NCBI GenBank assembly: GCA_031287565.1 | Contig: JAITSS010000001.1 | Span: 9,752 to 73,751, forward strand | Direction: 5' to 3' | Source of the DNA: Desulfobulbaceae bacterium | Lineage (GTDB): Bacteria; Desulfobacterota; Desulfobulbia; Desulfobulbales; Desulfocapsaceae | Length of the DNA: 64,000 nt | Translations under genes and position numbers: made by a program | The notes under the pieces: model-generated | The model's input: the letters and a program-made list of their open reading frames with translations, nothing else | Databases searched by the model: none | What the model was told of the DNA's origin: nothing | Shown: positions 17,148 through 26,837 of the stretch, in pieces | Numbering within the stretch: position 1 is the stretch's first letter | How the letters are laid out: every line of letters begins with the position of its first letter

Positions 17148-19409
17148 ATGAACGACCAACCACGACGCGCGGCCACCCGGCGGACGGTGAAAGACCAGTC
17201 CGGGGCCAGCAAGCTGAAAATCGGCGATTTGTTGAGCAAGGCCGGGTACATCACGCCGCCACAGATGGAGGCGGCGGTCAAAGAAATGCGGCGCAACGGC
17301 GGCCGCCTCAGTTCGATTTTGCGCAAACTGGACTATATCGACGAGGATACAGTTTTTAATTTCCTCAGCCGCCAGCACAACTACACGCCGGTGAGCATCG
17401 CCAACGAACCGCCGTCCCGCGATGTGCTGAAACTCGTGTCCTACGAAATCGCCGCCAGATATTTCGCCTTCCCGCTGCGCATCGCTGGCAATACGCTGCA
17501 AATCACCATGACCGAACCATGCGACGATGTGGCGGTCGAGGAATTGCAGGGGATTCTCGGCAAAGAACTAGCTCTGGGCGTCTCGACCGAACGGGATATT
17601 GTCGAAGCCTATCAGAAATACTACGGCATCAGCGACGAGGAAGCCGACGGCTATCTGACCAAGCCCGATCAGAAAACGGCTGATGAATCAATCAAGACTG
17701 TGGACGACTTCGGCAAAATTCTGTCGGAAGCGGTCGATGACTTTGAGATTGAATCCTCCAGCGAAGACCAGATTGTCGATGCCGCTTCGGCTAACGACGC
17801 GCCAATCATCAAACTGGTTAACGGCATTCTGGTGAAGGCGGTGCAGGAAGGCGTGTCGGACGTCCACGTCGAGCCTTACGAAAAAACGATGCAGGTGCGC
17901 TATCGTAAAGACGGCGCTTTGTACAAATCGATGAATCTGCCGCTCAACATCAGAAACGCGCTGGTCGCCCGCTTCAAGATTCTCTCCGGACTCGACATCA
18001 CCGAGCGCCGCGTGCCGCAGGACGGTCGTATCAAAATGCGCCTCGGCCGCAATCGCTCAGTCGATTTTCGTGTGTCGTCCCTGCCAACGCTGTTCGGTGA
18101 ATCGGTGGTTTTGCGTATCCTCGATAAATCATCCTTAAACGTTGACCTGACGCAACTGGGCTTTGAGCCGGAAACCTTCGAGATGCTGAAACGCTGTCTC
18201 ACCAGACCGCAGGGAATGCTGCTCGTCACCGGCCCGACTGGTTCCGGCAAGACGGTCACGCTCTATTCGGCGCTGAACTCGCTGAACAGCGAAGACATCA
18301 AAATCCTCACGGCAGAGGACCCGGTTGAGTTCAACTTCAAAGGCATCAACCAGGTCAACGTGCACCAGGAAGTGGGCATGACCTTCGCGGCGGCCCTGAA
18401 AGCCTTTCTGCGACAAGACCCGGACATCATCATGGTCGGCGAAATCCGCGATATGGAAACTGCGGAAATCGCCGTTAAGGCGGCCATGACCGGCCATCTG
18501 GTGTTTTCGACTTTGCATACCAACGACTGCGCCGCAACCATTGGCCGTCTCGTCGATATTGGCATTCCGCCTTACATGCTGGCCTCGTCCCTGACCATGG
18601 TTCTGTCGCAACGATTGGGACGCCGCCTGTGCCAGCGCTGCAAAAAGGTGGCGCATCCGAGCCGCGAGGAGCTGTTACAGGCCGGATTCGACGAAAGCGA
18701 ACTGGATGGCCTCACGGTGTACGGCCCGGCCGGTTGTCCGGAATGCAATGGCCGTGGCTATAAAGGCCGCGTCGGTTTTTTTGAATTGATGGAAAACACC
18801 GAAGAGGTGGCCAAGGCGATCAGCGCCCAAGTGCCTGAGGATCAATTACGCAAGATATCCCAGCAGGAAGGGATGACGCCTCTGCGTCAGGCGGCCTTAA
18901 AAAAAGTCGCCCAGGGCGTGACCAGCCTTGAGGAAGCGTTGCGCCGCACCGTCGCCCACAAAGAAAGCCTGCCCGCCTATCTGATGAACCCCGACGTCGA
19001 AACCTACGAAGACGGCGAGGTCATCATCCGCGAGGGCAACACCGACCGCGATTTTTTCAAGCTGATTCGTGGCTCGCTTTCGGTTATCAAAGGGCGGAAA
19101 ACCATCGCCAAGCTGACCGAGCCGGGGGAATATTTCGGTGAGATGGCGGCGATTTCCGGCGAAGAGCGCAACGCCAGCATCGTGTCCTTCGGACGGAGCA
19201 CGGTCAAACGTTTTCCCGGTGACAAGATGGATGAAATCATCGAGAAATACCCGGATGTTTCCCTGCATCTGTTCAAAACCATGACCGCCCGTCTGCAAAA
19301 AACCAACCAAATCATCGTCAAACTGGCCGGCGAATTCGTCAATAAGCAACAGCAGGAAGCGAGAAAAGACGGTCAGGTAGCAGGCGCGGCGACCGTGGCC
19401 AACGGTTGA
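17148..19409 (+). CDS. GspE/PilB-family secretion ATPase with N-terminal T2SSE_N (MshEN-like) domain and C-terminal cyclic-nucleotide-binding domain
   Basis: Walker A 'GPTGSGKT', Walker B 'DPDIIMVGEIRD', His box 'GHLVFSTLHTN'. Tetracysteine 'CQRC...CPECNGRGYKGR'. C-terminal cNMP motif 'GEYFGEMAAISGEERNASIV'. Confidence 0.85.
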   Translation: MNDQPRRAATRRTVKDQSGASKLKIGDLLSKAGYITPPQMEAAVKEMRRNGGRLSSILRKLDYIDEDTVFNFLSRQHNYTPVSIANEPPSRDVLKLVSYEIAARYFAFPLRIAGNTLQITMTEPCDDVAVEELQGILGKELALGVSTERDIVEAYQKYYGISDEEADGYLTKPDQKTADESIKTVDDFGKILSEAVDDFEIESSSEDQIVDAASANDAPIIKLVNGILVKAVQEGVSDVHVEPYEKTMQVRYRKDGALYKSMNLPLNIRNALVARFKILSGLDITERRVPQDGRIKMRLGRNRSVDFRVSSLPTLFGESVVLRILDKSSLNVDLTQLGFEPETFEMLKRCLTRPQGMLLVTGPTGSGKTVTLYSALNSLNSEDIKILTAEDPVEFNFKGINQVNVHQEVGMTFAAALKAFLRQDPDIIMVGEIRDMETAEIAVKAAMTGHLVFSTLHTNDCAATIGRLVDIGIPPYMLASSLTMVLSQRLGRRLCQRCKKVAHPSREELLQAGFDESELDGLTVYGPAGCPECNGRGYKGRVGFFELMENTEEVAKAISAQVPEDQLRKISQQEGMTPLRQAALKKVAQGVTSLEEALRRTVAHKESLPAYLMNPDVETYEDGEVIIREGNTDRDFFKLIRGSLSVIKGRKTIAKLTEPGEYFGEMAAISGEERNASIVSFGRSTVKRFPGDKMDEIIEKYPDVSLHLFKTMTARLQKTNQIIVKLAGEFVNKQQQEARKDGQVAGAATVANG

Positions 19410-19516
19410 CAAGCCACCGCTTGTTGACTATAAAATCCGGCCTGAAAAAGAAAAATGCTTTTGGGCGGGAAGTTGTGAGGGTTCCCGCCAAAACCTGAAA
19501 TTGACGGAGGGTGTTC

Positions 19517-19723
19517 ATGAAGAAATCAATGCTTGCTCTGCTTTTGGCCGCGTCGTTCACGTTTGTCGCCGTGGGCGCGAGCTTTGCCGCCAAGGTCGAT
19601 TGCACCGTCGATGGTGTTGACGGCGACAAGGTGACGATGACCTGTGAGAAATCCAAGGGTCTGGAAGCTGGCGCAAAAGTCAAAGTTGACACGAAGAAGA
19701 AGGCCGCCGTCGAAGGGTGCTGA
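19517..19723 (+). CDS. Small secreted protein (68 aa, signal peptide, 3 Cys)
   Basis: 'MKKSMLALLLAASFTFVAVGASFA|AKVDC...'. GGAGGG lies 6 nt upstream of ATG 19517. A strong terminator follows. Confidence 0.6.
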   Translation: MKKSMLALLLAASFTFVAVGASFAAKVDCTVDGVDGDKVTMTCEKSKGLEAGAKVKVDTKKKAAVEGC

Positions 19724-19779
19724 TTTTCAGGCATTCAGTGTGTTTGTTGTTTCACGCTCGTCAAAGTTTGTCGTTTCAG

Positions 19780-19810
19780 GCCGGTTGACCGCTGTCAGCC
19801 GGCTTTTTTT
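19780..19810 (+). terminator. Rho-independent terminator
   Basis: GCCGGUUGAC-CGCU-GUCAGCCGGC (10-bp stem) followed by UUUUUUU. Confidence 0.8.
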
Positions 19811-20542
19811 ATGTCGCTTGAGCCGGACGGTGAGAACATGGATTTCAGGCAATTGCCGGATGAGGAAAGGAACATCTATCTGCGGCTCAGTCAGGCATAT
19901 AGCCTGCGTTTCGCGCCGGTCGGCATCGCCGACATCCGTTTACAGATTTTGCAGATTGCCGATCTGGAAGAATTTCTCGGCGGCAAAGACCCATTCGCCG
20001 ACGTTTCCAGCTTTCCTTTCTGGGTGAAATTGTGGGATGCGGCCATCATCCTCGCCTATGTGCTGCGACAAGCGCCAAAAGCGCCCGGCGCGACGCTCCT
20101 GGAATTGGGCGCGGGTTTGGGCGTGCCCGGCCTGGCCGCTCAGGCCGCCGGTTTTTCCGTGACCCTTTCCGATTATGAAGCGATCATTCTTGATTTTCAG
20201 CGGGTCAGCGCCGCCGCCTCCGGCCTGGTTGGGCCGCGCTCGGCCATGCTTGATTGGCTGAACCCGCCGGAATTGGGACAATTTTCGGTGTTGGCCGGGG
20301 CGGAAATTCTCTTCCGCGAAGAATTCTTTCAGCCGCTCCTCGCGGTTTTCAAACGCTATTTAGCGCCGGGCGGCCAGATTTTTTTGGCGCACGACGCCCG
20401 TAGGCAAAGCCTGCCCAAGTTCCTCACCTTGGCCGAGAAAGACTACCGCATTTCGGTGAATGAGCAGAAAATCAAACGCGACGGCGAAGAGATCGCCATC
20501 ATCGTCAACCGACTCGTCGCCCGTAACGCGGAAAATGCCTGA
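19811..20542 (+). CDS. Class I SAM-dependent methyltransferase (Methyltransf_16 / lysine-methyltransferase-like)
   Basis: 'LWDAAIILAYVL...ATLLELGAGLGVPGLAAQAAGFSVTLSDY'. The start may instead be ATG 19838, because ATG 19811 abuts the terminator U-tract. Confidence 0.7.
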   Translation: MSLEPDGENMDFRQLPDEERNIYLRLSQAYSLRFAPVGIADIRLQILQIADLEEFLGGKDPFADVSSFPFWVKLWDAAIILAYVLRQAPKAPGATLLELGAGLGVPGLAAQAAGFSVTLSDYEAIILDFQRVSAAASGLVGPRSAMLDWLNPPELGQFSVLAGAEILFREEFFQPLLAVFKRYLAPGGQIFLAHDARRQSLPKFLTLAEKDYRISVNEQKIKRDGEEIAIIVNRLVARNAENA

Positions 20543-21194
20543 CGATTTTTACGCCATAAACCTGCGACTCGCTGACAGGCTGTGTCTGGTGGTCGGCGGC
20601 GGCTCGGTGGCGGCGCGCAAAACCTTGGGATTACTGGAGCGCCGGGCCAGGACGCGCCTGGTCAGCCCGCGTTTGACTGCCTCGCTGGCCGAACTCGCCG
20701 CAGCGGAAAAAATCGAATGGCTTCCCCGCGCCTATCAAAAAAATGATCTAAACGGCGCGGCCTTGGTTTTCGCCGCGACCAATGACCCGACGACCCAGGA
20801 ACAAATCAGCCGCGACGCGGAGGCTCTGGGCATCTTCGTCAATCGCGCCGATGACCCGGAACGCGGCGATTTTCATCTGCCCGCGACTGTGCGGCGTGGC
20901 GACCTGCTCATCACCATTTCGACCAGCGGCAAAAGCCCGGCGCTTGCAGCGGCCCTCAGGCGGCGTTTGCAGGGAGAATTTGGCGACGCCTACGCGCCTT
21001 TAACCGAATTATGCAGTCGTCTGCGACCGCTTTTTACCGACCGCGGGCGACTGGCCGACTGCACCGAAGCTCTTCTGACCGCCGGTCTGCCGGATGGAAC
21101 ACCGAAAGAGCGGGCGGCGGCGGCGCGGCGAATTCTGACCGCGTTTGTCCCGGAGCACGTTGATATTGCATCCCTTGTTCGGGGGATTTTCTAA
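20535..21194 (+). CDS. Precorrin-2 dehydrogenase / sirohydrochlorin ferrochelatase (SirC/CysG N-terminal-like)
   Basis: Rossmann motif 'CLVVGGGSVAARK'. 'ISTSGKSPALAAALRRRL' is also present. ATG 20535 overlaps the upstream stop. Confidence 0.75.
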   Translation: MPDDFYAINLRLADRLCLVVGGGSVAARKTLGLLERRARTRLVSPRLTASLAELAAAEKIEWLPRAYQKNDLNGAALVFAATNDPTTQEQISRDAEALGIFVNRADDPERGDFHLPATVRRGDLLITISTSGKSPALAAALRRRLQGEFGDAYAPLTELCSRLRPLFTDRGRLADCTEALLTAGLPDGTPKERAAAARRILTAFVPEHVDIASLVRGIF

Positions 21195-21225
21195 ACAGCC
21201 GGTTTTTCATTGTAGGAGGCGGTTC

Positions 21226-22053
21226 ATGGAGCGGATGATTGGCTCGCTGTTCGACGGCGTTCTGGCGCTGGCGGTTCTGACCGCGCTGGTCTACCTAATC
21301 TTTTTTATCCGCCAAAACAGCGGCCTGCGCCATGTCGCGCGCATGTTGATGATGCTTTCCGGCGTGGCCCAATTACTCTATATATTTGCCAGATTCTCGC
21401 ACTTGGCCGCCGCGCCCTTAACCAATCCACACGAGGCGATTGTTTTTTTCGCCTGCGCCGCCACCTGGGCGTATCTAACTTTCAGATGGCGCTATAAGGT
21501 CAGGAATTTCGGCGCATTCGTTTCGGCGCTGGTGGCGCTTTTACTGGCGGCGGCGGCGACGTTTTCTTCGACCTTCACGCCGACCCCGGCGATTCTGAAG
21601 GGCCTGTGGTTGCCGGTGCACGCCGGTTTGTCGTTGGCCGCCTACAGTTTTTTCTCTTTGGCCTTCTGCGGTGGCCTTATGTATCTGCTGCAAGAGCGCG
21701 AACTGAAAAGCAAGCGTTTCGGCTACTTCTTCTCCCGCCTGCCATCTCTTGACGCCCTCGACCAGCTAAACAGTCATTGCCTGGCTACCGGATTTATCCT
21801 TTTGACCATGGGCATCGTCAGCGGTTCTCTATGGCTGTGGCAGGCTTACGGCTCATATTGGCTGTGGGGCGAAAAGGAAGTCTGCTCACTGTTCATCTGG
21901 CTGGTCTACCTGGCGCAGTTGCACCAACGCTTCACCGTTGGCTGGCGCGGCAGACGGGCGGCCCTGATGGCTATTTTCGCCTTCGCGATCATCGCCCTAA
22001 CCCTGCTTTTCGTGGTGGCGCCGCATGGAGGGACGCGAATCCATGGCAACTGA
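21226..22053 (+). CDS. Cytochrome c assembly (CcsA/HemX-like) membrane protein
   Basis: Polytopic protein with a Trp-rich 'YWLWGEKEVCSLFIWLVY' motif. AGGAGG lies upstream. Its position before hemA matches hemX-type genes. Confidence 0.7.
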   Translation: MERMIGSLFDGVLALAVLTALVYLIFFIRQNSGLRHVARMLMMLSGVAQLLYIFARFSHLAAAPLTNPHEAIVFFACAATWAYLTFRWRYKVRNFGAFVSALVALLLAAAATFSSTFTPTPAILKGLWLPVHAGLSLAAYSFFSLAFCGGLMYLLQERELKSKRFGYFFSRLPSLDALDQLNSHCLATGFILLTMGIVSGSLWLWQAYGSYWLWGEKEVCSLFIWLVYLAQLHQRFTVGWRGRRAALMAIFAFAIIALTLLFVVAPHGGTRIHGN

Positions 22054-23341
22054 CCAAGCTCTCGCGGCGGAACATATCCTGCTGGTCGGCGTCAACCATA
22101 AAACCACACCGGTGGCGATCCGCGAAAAAATGGCCTTTCCCGGAGGCTATGAACAGGCGCTGGCGGCGCTCAGGCGCTTGCCCGGATGCCGCGAATGTTT
22201 TCTGCTCGCCACCTGCAACCGCGTCGAAGCGCTGTGGGTCGGCGAGAGCGGCGACCGGGCGGCTGAAGCGCTCGCCTCGTTTCTTTTTGGTGACAACCTG
22301 ACTGATGAATGTGCCGAATATTTATACCGTCACGAAGACGCCGACGCCGTCAGGCATCTGTTCGCGGTAGCCTCAAGTCTCGATTCGATGATCGTTGGCG
22401 AGGCGCAGATTTTAGGCCAGTTGAAAGCGGCCTACCGCCAGGCCACGGAGAGCCACGCCGTCGGCGCGATTCTGAATCGTCTTCTGCCCAAAGCCTTCAC
22501 GGTGGCGAAACGAGTGCGCAGCGAAACCGGCATCGGTTTGTCGGCGGTGTCAATAAGTTATGCGGCGGTGGAATTGGCGAAAAAAATCTTCGGCAGCCTG
22601 CAAGGGAAAAATGTCCTTCTGATCGGCGCTGGAGAAATGGCCGAGCTGGCGATGGAGCATCTGCTCAACCAGAAGATTGCCGCCGTCACCGTGGTCAACC
22701 GCACGTTGCAACGGGCCGAGGAACTGGCCGGGCGTTTTCACGGCCAAGCGGCGGCCTTGTCCGATCTTCTCGTTCGTCTGGAATCGGCGGACATTGTGAT
22801 CAGCTCGACCGGCGCGAGCGGCCTCATCCTGCACAAGGATCATGTGATTCCGATCATGCGGCGACGGCGCAACCGACCGCTGTTTTTCATCGACATCGCG
22901 GTGCCGCGCGACCTTGATCCAGCCTTAAACGAACTGGAAAACACCTATCTCTACGATATTGACGACCTGGGCGGCGTGGTTGAGGTCAACCGCGGCGAAC
23001 GCGAAAAAGAAGCGGTGAAGGCGGGGCGGATTGTCGCGGAAGAGACGGAAAAATTCATGAGCTGGCGGCAAAACCTGGCCATGAACCCAACCATTCTCCA
23101 GTTGCGCCGCCACGTCGAGGAGATTTGCGGCCGCGAGCTGGCGAAAACCGTGGCCAAAATGCCGGAACTACCGCCAAACGGCCGGGCCGCCCTGGAAAGG
23201 ATGCTCGCGGCGGTGGCCGGGAAAATTCTCCATTCGCCCCTGCAATACCTGAAGCGGGACGCCGCATGTCCCGAACTGGAAAACAAGGTGGATGTTATCC
23301 GGCGGGTCTTCGGCTTCGATGATGAAAAACCCGCATCCTGA
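22043..23341 (+). CDS. hemA: Glutamyl-tRNA reductase
   Basis: 'LLATCNRVE' (catalytic Cys). 'SSLDSMIVGEAQILGQ'. NADPH motif 'LLIGAGEMAEL'. Confidence 0.9.
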   Translation: MATDQALAAEHILLVGVNHKTTPVAIREKMAFPGGYEQALAALRRLPGCRECFLLATCNRVEALWVGESGDRAAEALASFLFGDNLTDECAEYLYRHEDADAVRHLFAVASSLDSMIVGEAQILGQLKAAYRQATESHAVGAILNRLLPKAFTVAKRVRSETGIGLSAVSISYAAVELAKKIFGSLQGKNVLLIGAGEMAELAMEHLLNQKIAAVTVVNRTLQRAEELAGRFHGQAAALSDLLVRLESADIVISSTGASGLILHKDHVIPIMRRRRNRPLFFIDIAVPRDLDPALNELENTYLYDIDDLGGVVEVNRGEREKEAVKAGRIVAEETEKFMSWRQNLAMNPTILQLRRHVEEICGRELAKTVAKMPELPPNGRAALERMLAAVAGKILHSPLQYLKRDAACPELENKVDVIRRVFGFDDEKPAS

Positions 23342-23825
23342 ACTGGAAAATGAGTGGTACGCAGTACGCCATTCTGGTGAAATTCCGGAAATCGCCCTGC
23401 ATTCGGCCCTGCACTATCTCCGTGAAGCCGCCGACGGCCCGCGCCTCACGCTTTCACGCCGCGACATCCACCATCTGCAACGGGCCACCGCCCTGCGTTT
23501 CCGCGAAATTATCCTGCGTGATATGTCGCATGAAAACCTTGACAAGGCCATATTTCGCGGCCTCGGTCGCGCCATGATAAACTTTCGGCGTTACAAGAAT
23601 TTTCTCGCCCGTTCCGGCCTGACTGACCGGCGTTTTCGCCACTTGGCGGCTATAACCCTGGTGGTATTCCTCGTGCGGGAATGGTCATCGCGGCGTCATG
23701 GCGGGGCGAAAAACAACCTGAGCGTCACTGCGGGCGAACTGCGCGAATTCTTCCAGGCGTTGGGACTTCCGCCCGTATCTTTTCCGCTGTTTCCGTGCGA
23801 AACGGCTGGCAACGGCGACGCCTGA
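23319..23825 (+). CDS. Hypothetical protein overlapping the hemA 3' end
   Basis: ORF of about 168 aa. Its ATG pair at 23319/23322 lies inside the hemA 3' end. No motif recognised. Confidence 0.4.
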   Translation: MMKNPHPELENEWYAVRHSGEIPEIALHSALHYLREAADGPRLTLSRRDIHHLQRATALRFREIILRDMSHENLDKAIFRGLGRAMINFRRYKNFLARSGLTDRRFRHLAAITLVVFLVREWSSRRHGGAKNNLSVTAGELREFFQALGLPPVSFPLFPCETAGNGDA

Positions 23826-23937
23826 GAAAAGCGCCGGCTGGGCGTTTTGCCATGGAATTCGGCGGCTCATTCTGGTATGACTGGCCTCGGTTTTCACATC
23901 GGTTCCGCTTATCCCTTTTGCCAAAACGGTAGTCAGC

Positions 23938-26067
23938 ATGGACACGATCCGCATCATCATATTCACCCTGCTTCTTTTGTTGCCGACAACATCAGGCGCT
24001 CTGTCAGGTAATCCCGCCGCCCTGGGCGAAACATTCGATAAAGCGAGAAATGACTACATCGGTAAACTGCTGCGAAATCAGTTGCCGAGCATCCATTTCA
24101 GCGGCAAAAAATTTGACGAAAAGTTGGTGCAAAACGCCTTCCAGCTTTACCTGAAACAACTCGATTTTCAAAAGCGCTTTCTCTTACAAAGCGATGTGGC
24201 GACCCTGCGCTCGTATGTGCCACGCATCCCTGAGGATATTGATCGCGGCACCCTGACCCTGCCCAGCATTGCCGCCGACATGCTGCAAGAACGGATTGGC
24301 CAGGCCGAAAAAATGGTCAGCGCGATTCTGGCTCAACCCATTTCCCGCACCGACCCGGAACAGTTGGAAACTGACCCGGAAAAACTGGCCTACGTCAATG
24401 ACATCGACGAATTGCGCGACCGCTGGCGGCGCATTGTCCGCGCCCAGGTCATCGGCCGTTTCCTCGACCTGGAGGAAGACCAGAAAAAGGAAAAAACCAA
24501 GAAGGACGAGCAAGCGCTGTGGCGCGAAGCCGTCGAAAAGGTCGCCAAGCAGAACAAAAACTTTTTCCATCGTCTCGCGCAGGACACCCTTCAGGATCAG
24601 TACGACCGTTTTTACAACGCCCTGGCCCGCGCCTTCGACCCACACACCAACTACATCACGGCGGCGGGGAAAGAACAATTCGACATCAGCATGAGCGGCA
24701 GCCTCGAAGGAATTGGCGCGGTGCTGAGCGAGGAAGATGGGTTCATCAAGGTGAAACAGATCATGCCCGGCAGCGCCTCGGCGAGACAAGGCCGCTTGCA
24801 GGCCGGCGACACCATTTTGCAGGTCGCCCAGGGTTCGGAAGAACCGGTGGATGTCACCGACATGCGCTTGAATGACGTGGTGCGGCTGGTGCGCGGGCCG
24901 AAGGGCAGTGAAGTGCGCCTGACCGTGAAGAAGTCCGATGGCGCCAAAGAGATGATTCCCATCATCCGCGATGTGGTGCAGATCGAAGAGACCTTTGTCA
25001 AAAGTATGGTGCTGAATACACCGTCGGGCCAGAAAATCGGCTATATCCTGATTCCCAGTTTTTACCACGACTTCGAGCGGGAAAAGGCCGGACGCAACAG
25101 CGCCCAGGATACCCGCCGCGAGCTAGAAAAGCTGAAGGCGGAACGGGTGGACGGCATTATCCTCGACCTGCGCAACAACGGCGGCGGCGCGTTGACCGAC
25201 GCGGTGGCCATCGTCGGCCTGTTCATCGACAAAGGCCCGGTAGTGCAGGTGAAAAACGCGCGCGGCAACGAGCGAGTCCTGAGCGACGACGAAGAGGGCG
25301 AGATCTACGCCGGGCCGCTTTTGGTGATGGTCAATAAATTTTCCGCCTCGGCTTCCGAAATCGTCGCCGCCGCCTTGCAGGACTATGGCCGCGCGGTGAT
25401 TGTCGGCGACGAGCACACGCACGGCAAAGGCACGGTGCAAACTGTCGTCAACCTCGACGAAGAACGCCTGTTTTATCAACCACGTTTCGACCACCTAGGC
25501 GCGCTCAAAGTAACGGTGCAGAAATTTTACCGGATCAACGGCAATTCCACCCAATTCAAGGGCGTTGAACCGGATATTCTCCTGCCCAGCATGGTCGGCT
25601 ATGTCAAATCCGGCGAAAAATATCTGGATTTTTCCCTGCCCTGGGACACCATCAGCCCGGTCGGACACGATAGTTGGCAAGCACCGCCGCCGCTTGAACA
25701 ACTACGTCAGCGCAGCGAAAAACGGGTCGAACGCGACAAAGCCTTCATCGCCATTCGGGAAGAGGCCAAAAGCGCCGAAAAACGCAGCGGCGAAACATTG
25801 ATCACGCTGACCGCCTCCGACATGCGGGCGCAAAAGGAATTGGCCAATCAATCGAAAAAGAAAATGAGCGAATACTTCCGGAGATTGCGCGCCGACGACA
25901 ACGAGGACGAGCCGCCGCCAGAGGAAAATCGCGACGAATGGATGAAAAACGTGCGCGAGGAACCCTATGTGCGCGAGGCCGAGCGCATCCTTCTGGATAT
26001 GCTGACGCCAATCGGCGATAAGAAAGCGACATCGCTTGAGAAACGTCGGTCTGTACCGACAAGATAG
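23938..26067 (+). CDS. prc: Tail-specific (C-terminal processing) protease, S41 family, with PDZ domain
   Basis: Signal peptide; PDZ 'GAVLSEEDGFIKVKQIMPGSASARQGRLQAGDTIL'. 'DLRNNGGG'. Catalytic 'FSASASEIVAAALQDYGRAVIVG...GKGTVQ'. Confidence 0.85.
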   Translation: MDTIRIIIFTLLLLLPTTSGALSGNPAALGETFDKARNDYIGKLLRNQLPSIHFSGKKFDEKLVQNAFQLYLKQLDFQKRFLLQSDVATLRSYVPRIPEDIDRGTLTLPSIAADMLQERIGQAEKMVSAILAQPISRTDPEQLETDPEKLAYVNDIDELRDRWRRIVRAQVIGRFLDLEEDQKKEKTKKDEQALWREAVEKVAKQNKNFFHRLAQDTLQDQYDRFYNALARAFDPHTNYITAAGKEQFDISMSGSLEGIGAVLSEEDGFIKVKQIMPGSASARQGRLQAGDTILQVAQGSEEPVDVTDMRLNDVVRLVRGPKGSEVRLTVKKSDGAKEMIPIIRDVVQIEETFVKSMVLNTPSGQKIGYILIPSFYHDFEREKAGRNSAQDTRRELEKLKAERVDGIILDLRNNGGGALTDAVAIVGLFIDKGPVVQVKNARGNERVLSDDEEGEIYAGPLLVMVNKFSASASEIVAAALQDYGRAVIVGDEHTHGKGTVQTVVNLDEERLFYQPRFDHLGALKVTVQKFYRINGNSTQFKGVEPDILLPSMVGYVKSGEKYLDFSLPWDTISPVGHDSWQAPPPLEQLRQRSEKRVERDKAFIAIREEAKSAEKRSGETLITLTASDMRAQKELANQSKKKMSEYFRRLRADDNEDEPPPEENRDEWMKNVREEPYVREAERILLDMLTPIGDKKATSLEKRRSVPTR

Positions 26068-26121
26068 GCCCTGGCGGCGCGACGGCCAGGAAGGAAAAGC
26101 GCTTGAAAAAGGCCGGGAAAA

Positions 26122-26727
26122 ATGATAGTCCTGCTTGACTTTTCCTTGACTGAAATTAGCCGAGTGGCATGGAGGATTGCGGTGGCGGAATCATTGCGGG
26201 AACAGGCGGATCTGGCCGAGGCGTTGCGTTGCCATCGGCAAAAGATCGTCGAACGCTGGGTGAAGTACGCGCTCTCCAGTTACCAGTCGCCAGACTTTTT
26301 CCTGCGCGAGGGCGACCCCTTCGCCAATCCCATCGGCGGCGCGATGCGCCAGGCGTTCGACCGGCTGTTGCCCCTTTTGGCGCAAAAACCGGAACGCCTT
26401 GAATTCTCAGAAATTCTGCGGCAGTTCGTGCAGATACGCGCCGTGCAGGGTTTAGTTCCATCGCAAGCCTTGGCGCCCATATACGCCGTCAAGCATATCC
26501 TCAGGGATATACTGGCCGCCGACAAAGAGCGGGCGGCCCTGGTCGCCAACCTCTACGATTTCGATTTCGCGGTGGATATTGCGGCACTCGCCGCATTCGA
26601 CATGTACATGGAGTCAAGGGAGCGTCTCTACGCCACGCGGCTCGCCGAACTCAAAAGCGGACGGCATATCCTCACCGACGGCGGTTGCCCTTCCAAGACA
26701 TTGCATCCGGTGGGAGACGACGGCTAA
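26122..26727 (+). CDS. Hypothetical protein directly upstream of dsrM (possibly RsbRD-N-terminal-like helical domain)
   Basis: 201-aa ORF. 'KIVERWVKYALSSYQSPDFFLREGDPFANPIGG' reminds me of RsbRD_N-type domains. That assignment is from memory only. Confidence 0.5.
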   Translation: MIVLLDFSLTEISRVAWRIAVAESLREQADLAEALRCHRQKIVERWVKYALSSYQSPDFFLREGDPFANPIGGAMRQAFDRLLPLLAQKPERLEFSEILRQFVQIRAVQGLVPSQALAPIYAVKHILRDILAADKERAALVANLYDFDFAVDIAALAAFDMYMESRERLYATRLAELKSGRHILTDGGCPSKTLHPVGDDG

Positions 26728-26837
26728 AGGATTGCCGGAGCGGGATTCCGGTTTTGTGCAGGCGCGCAGGCTGGTCGGGTTCTCTATCGCCCGGCGGCCT
26801 GGGAATCATATTATCTTTCCACTAAGTGAGGTAAAAA

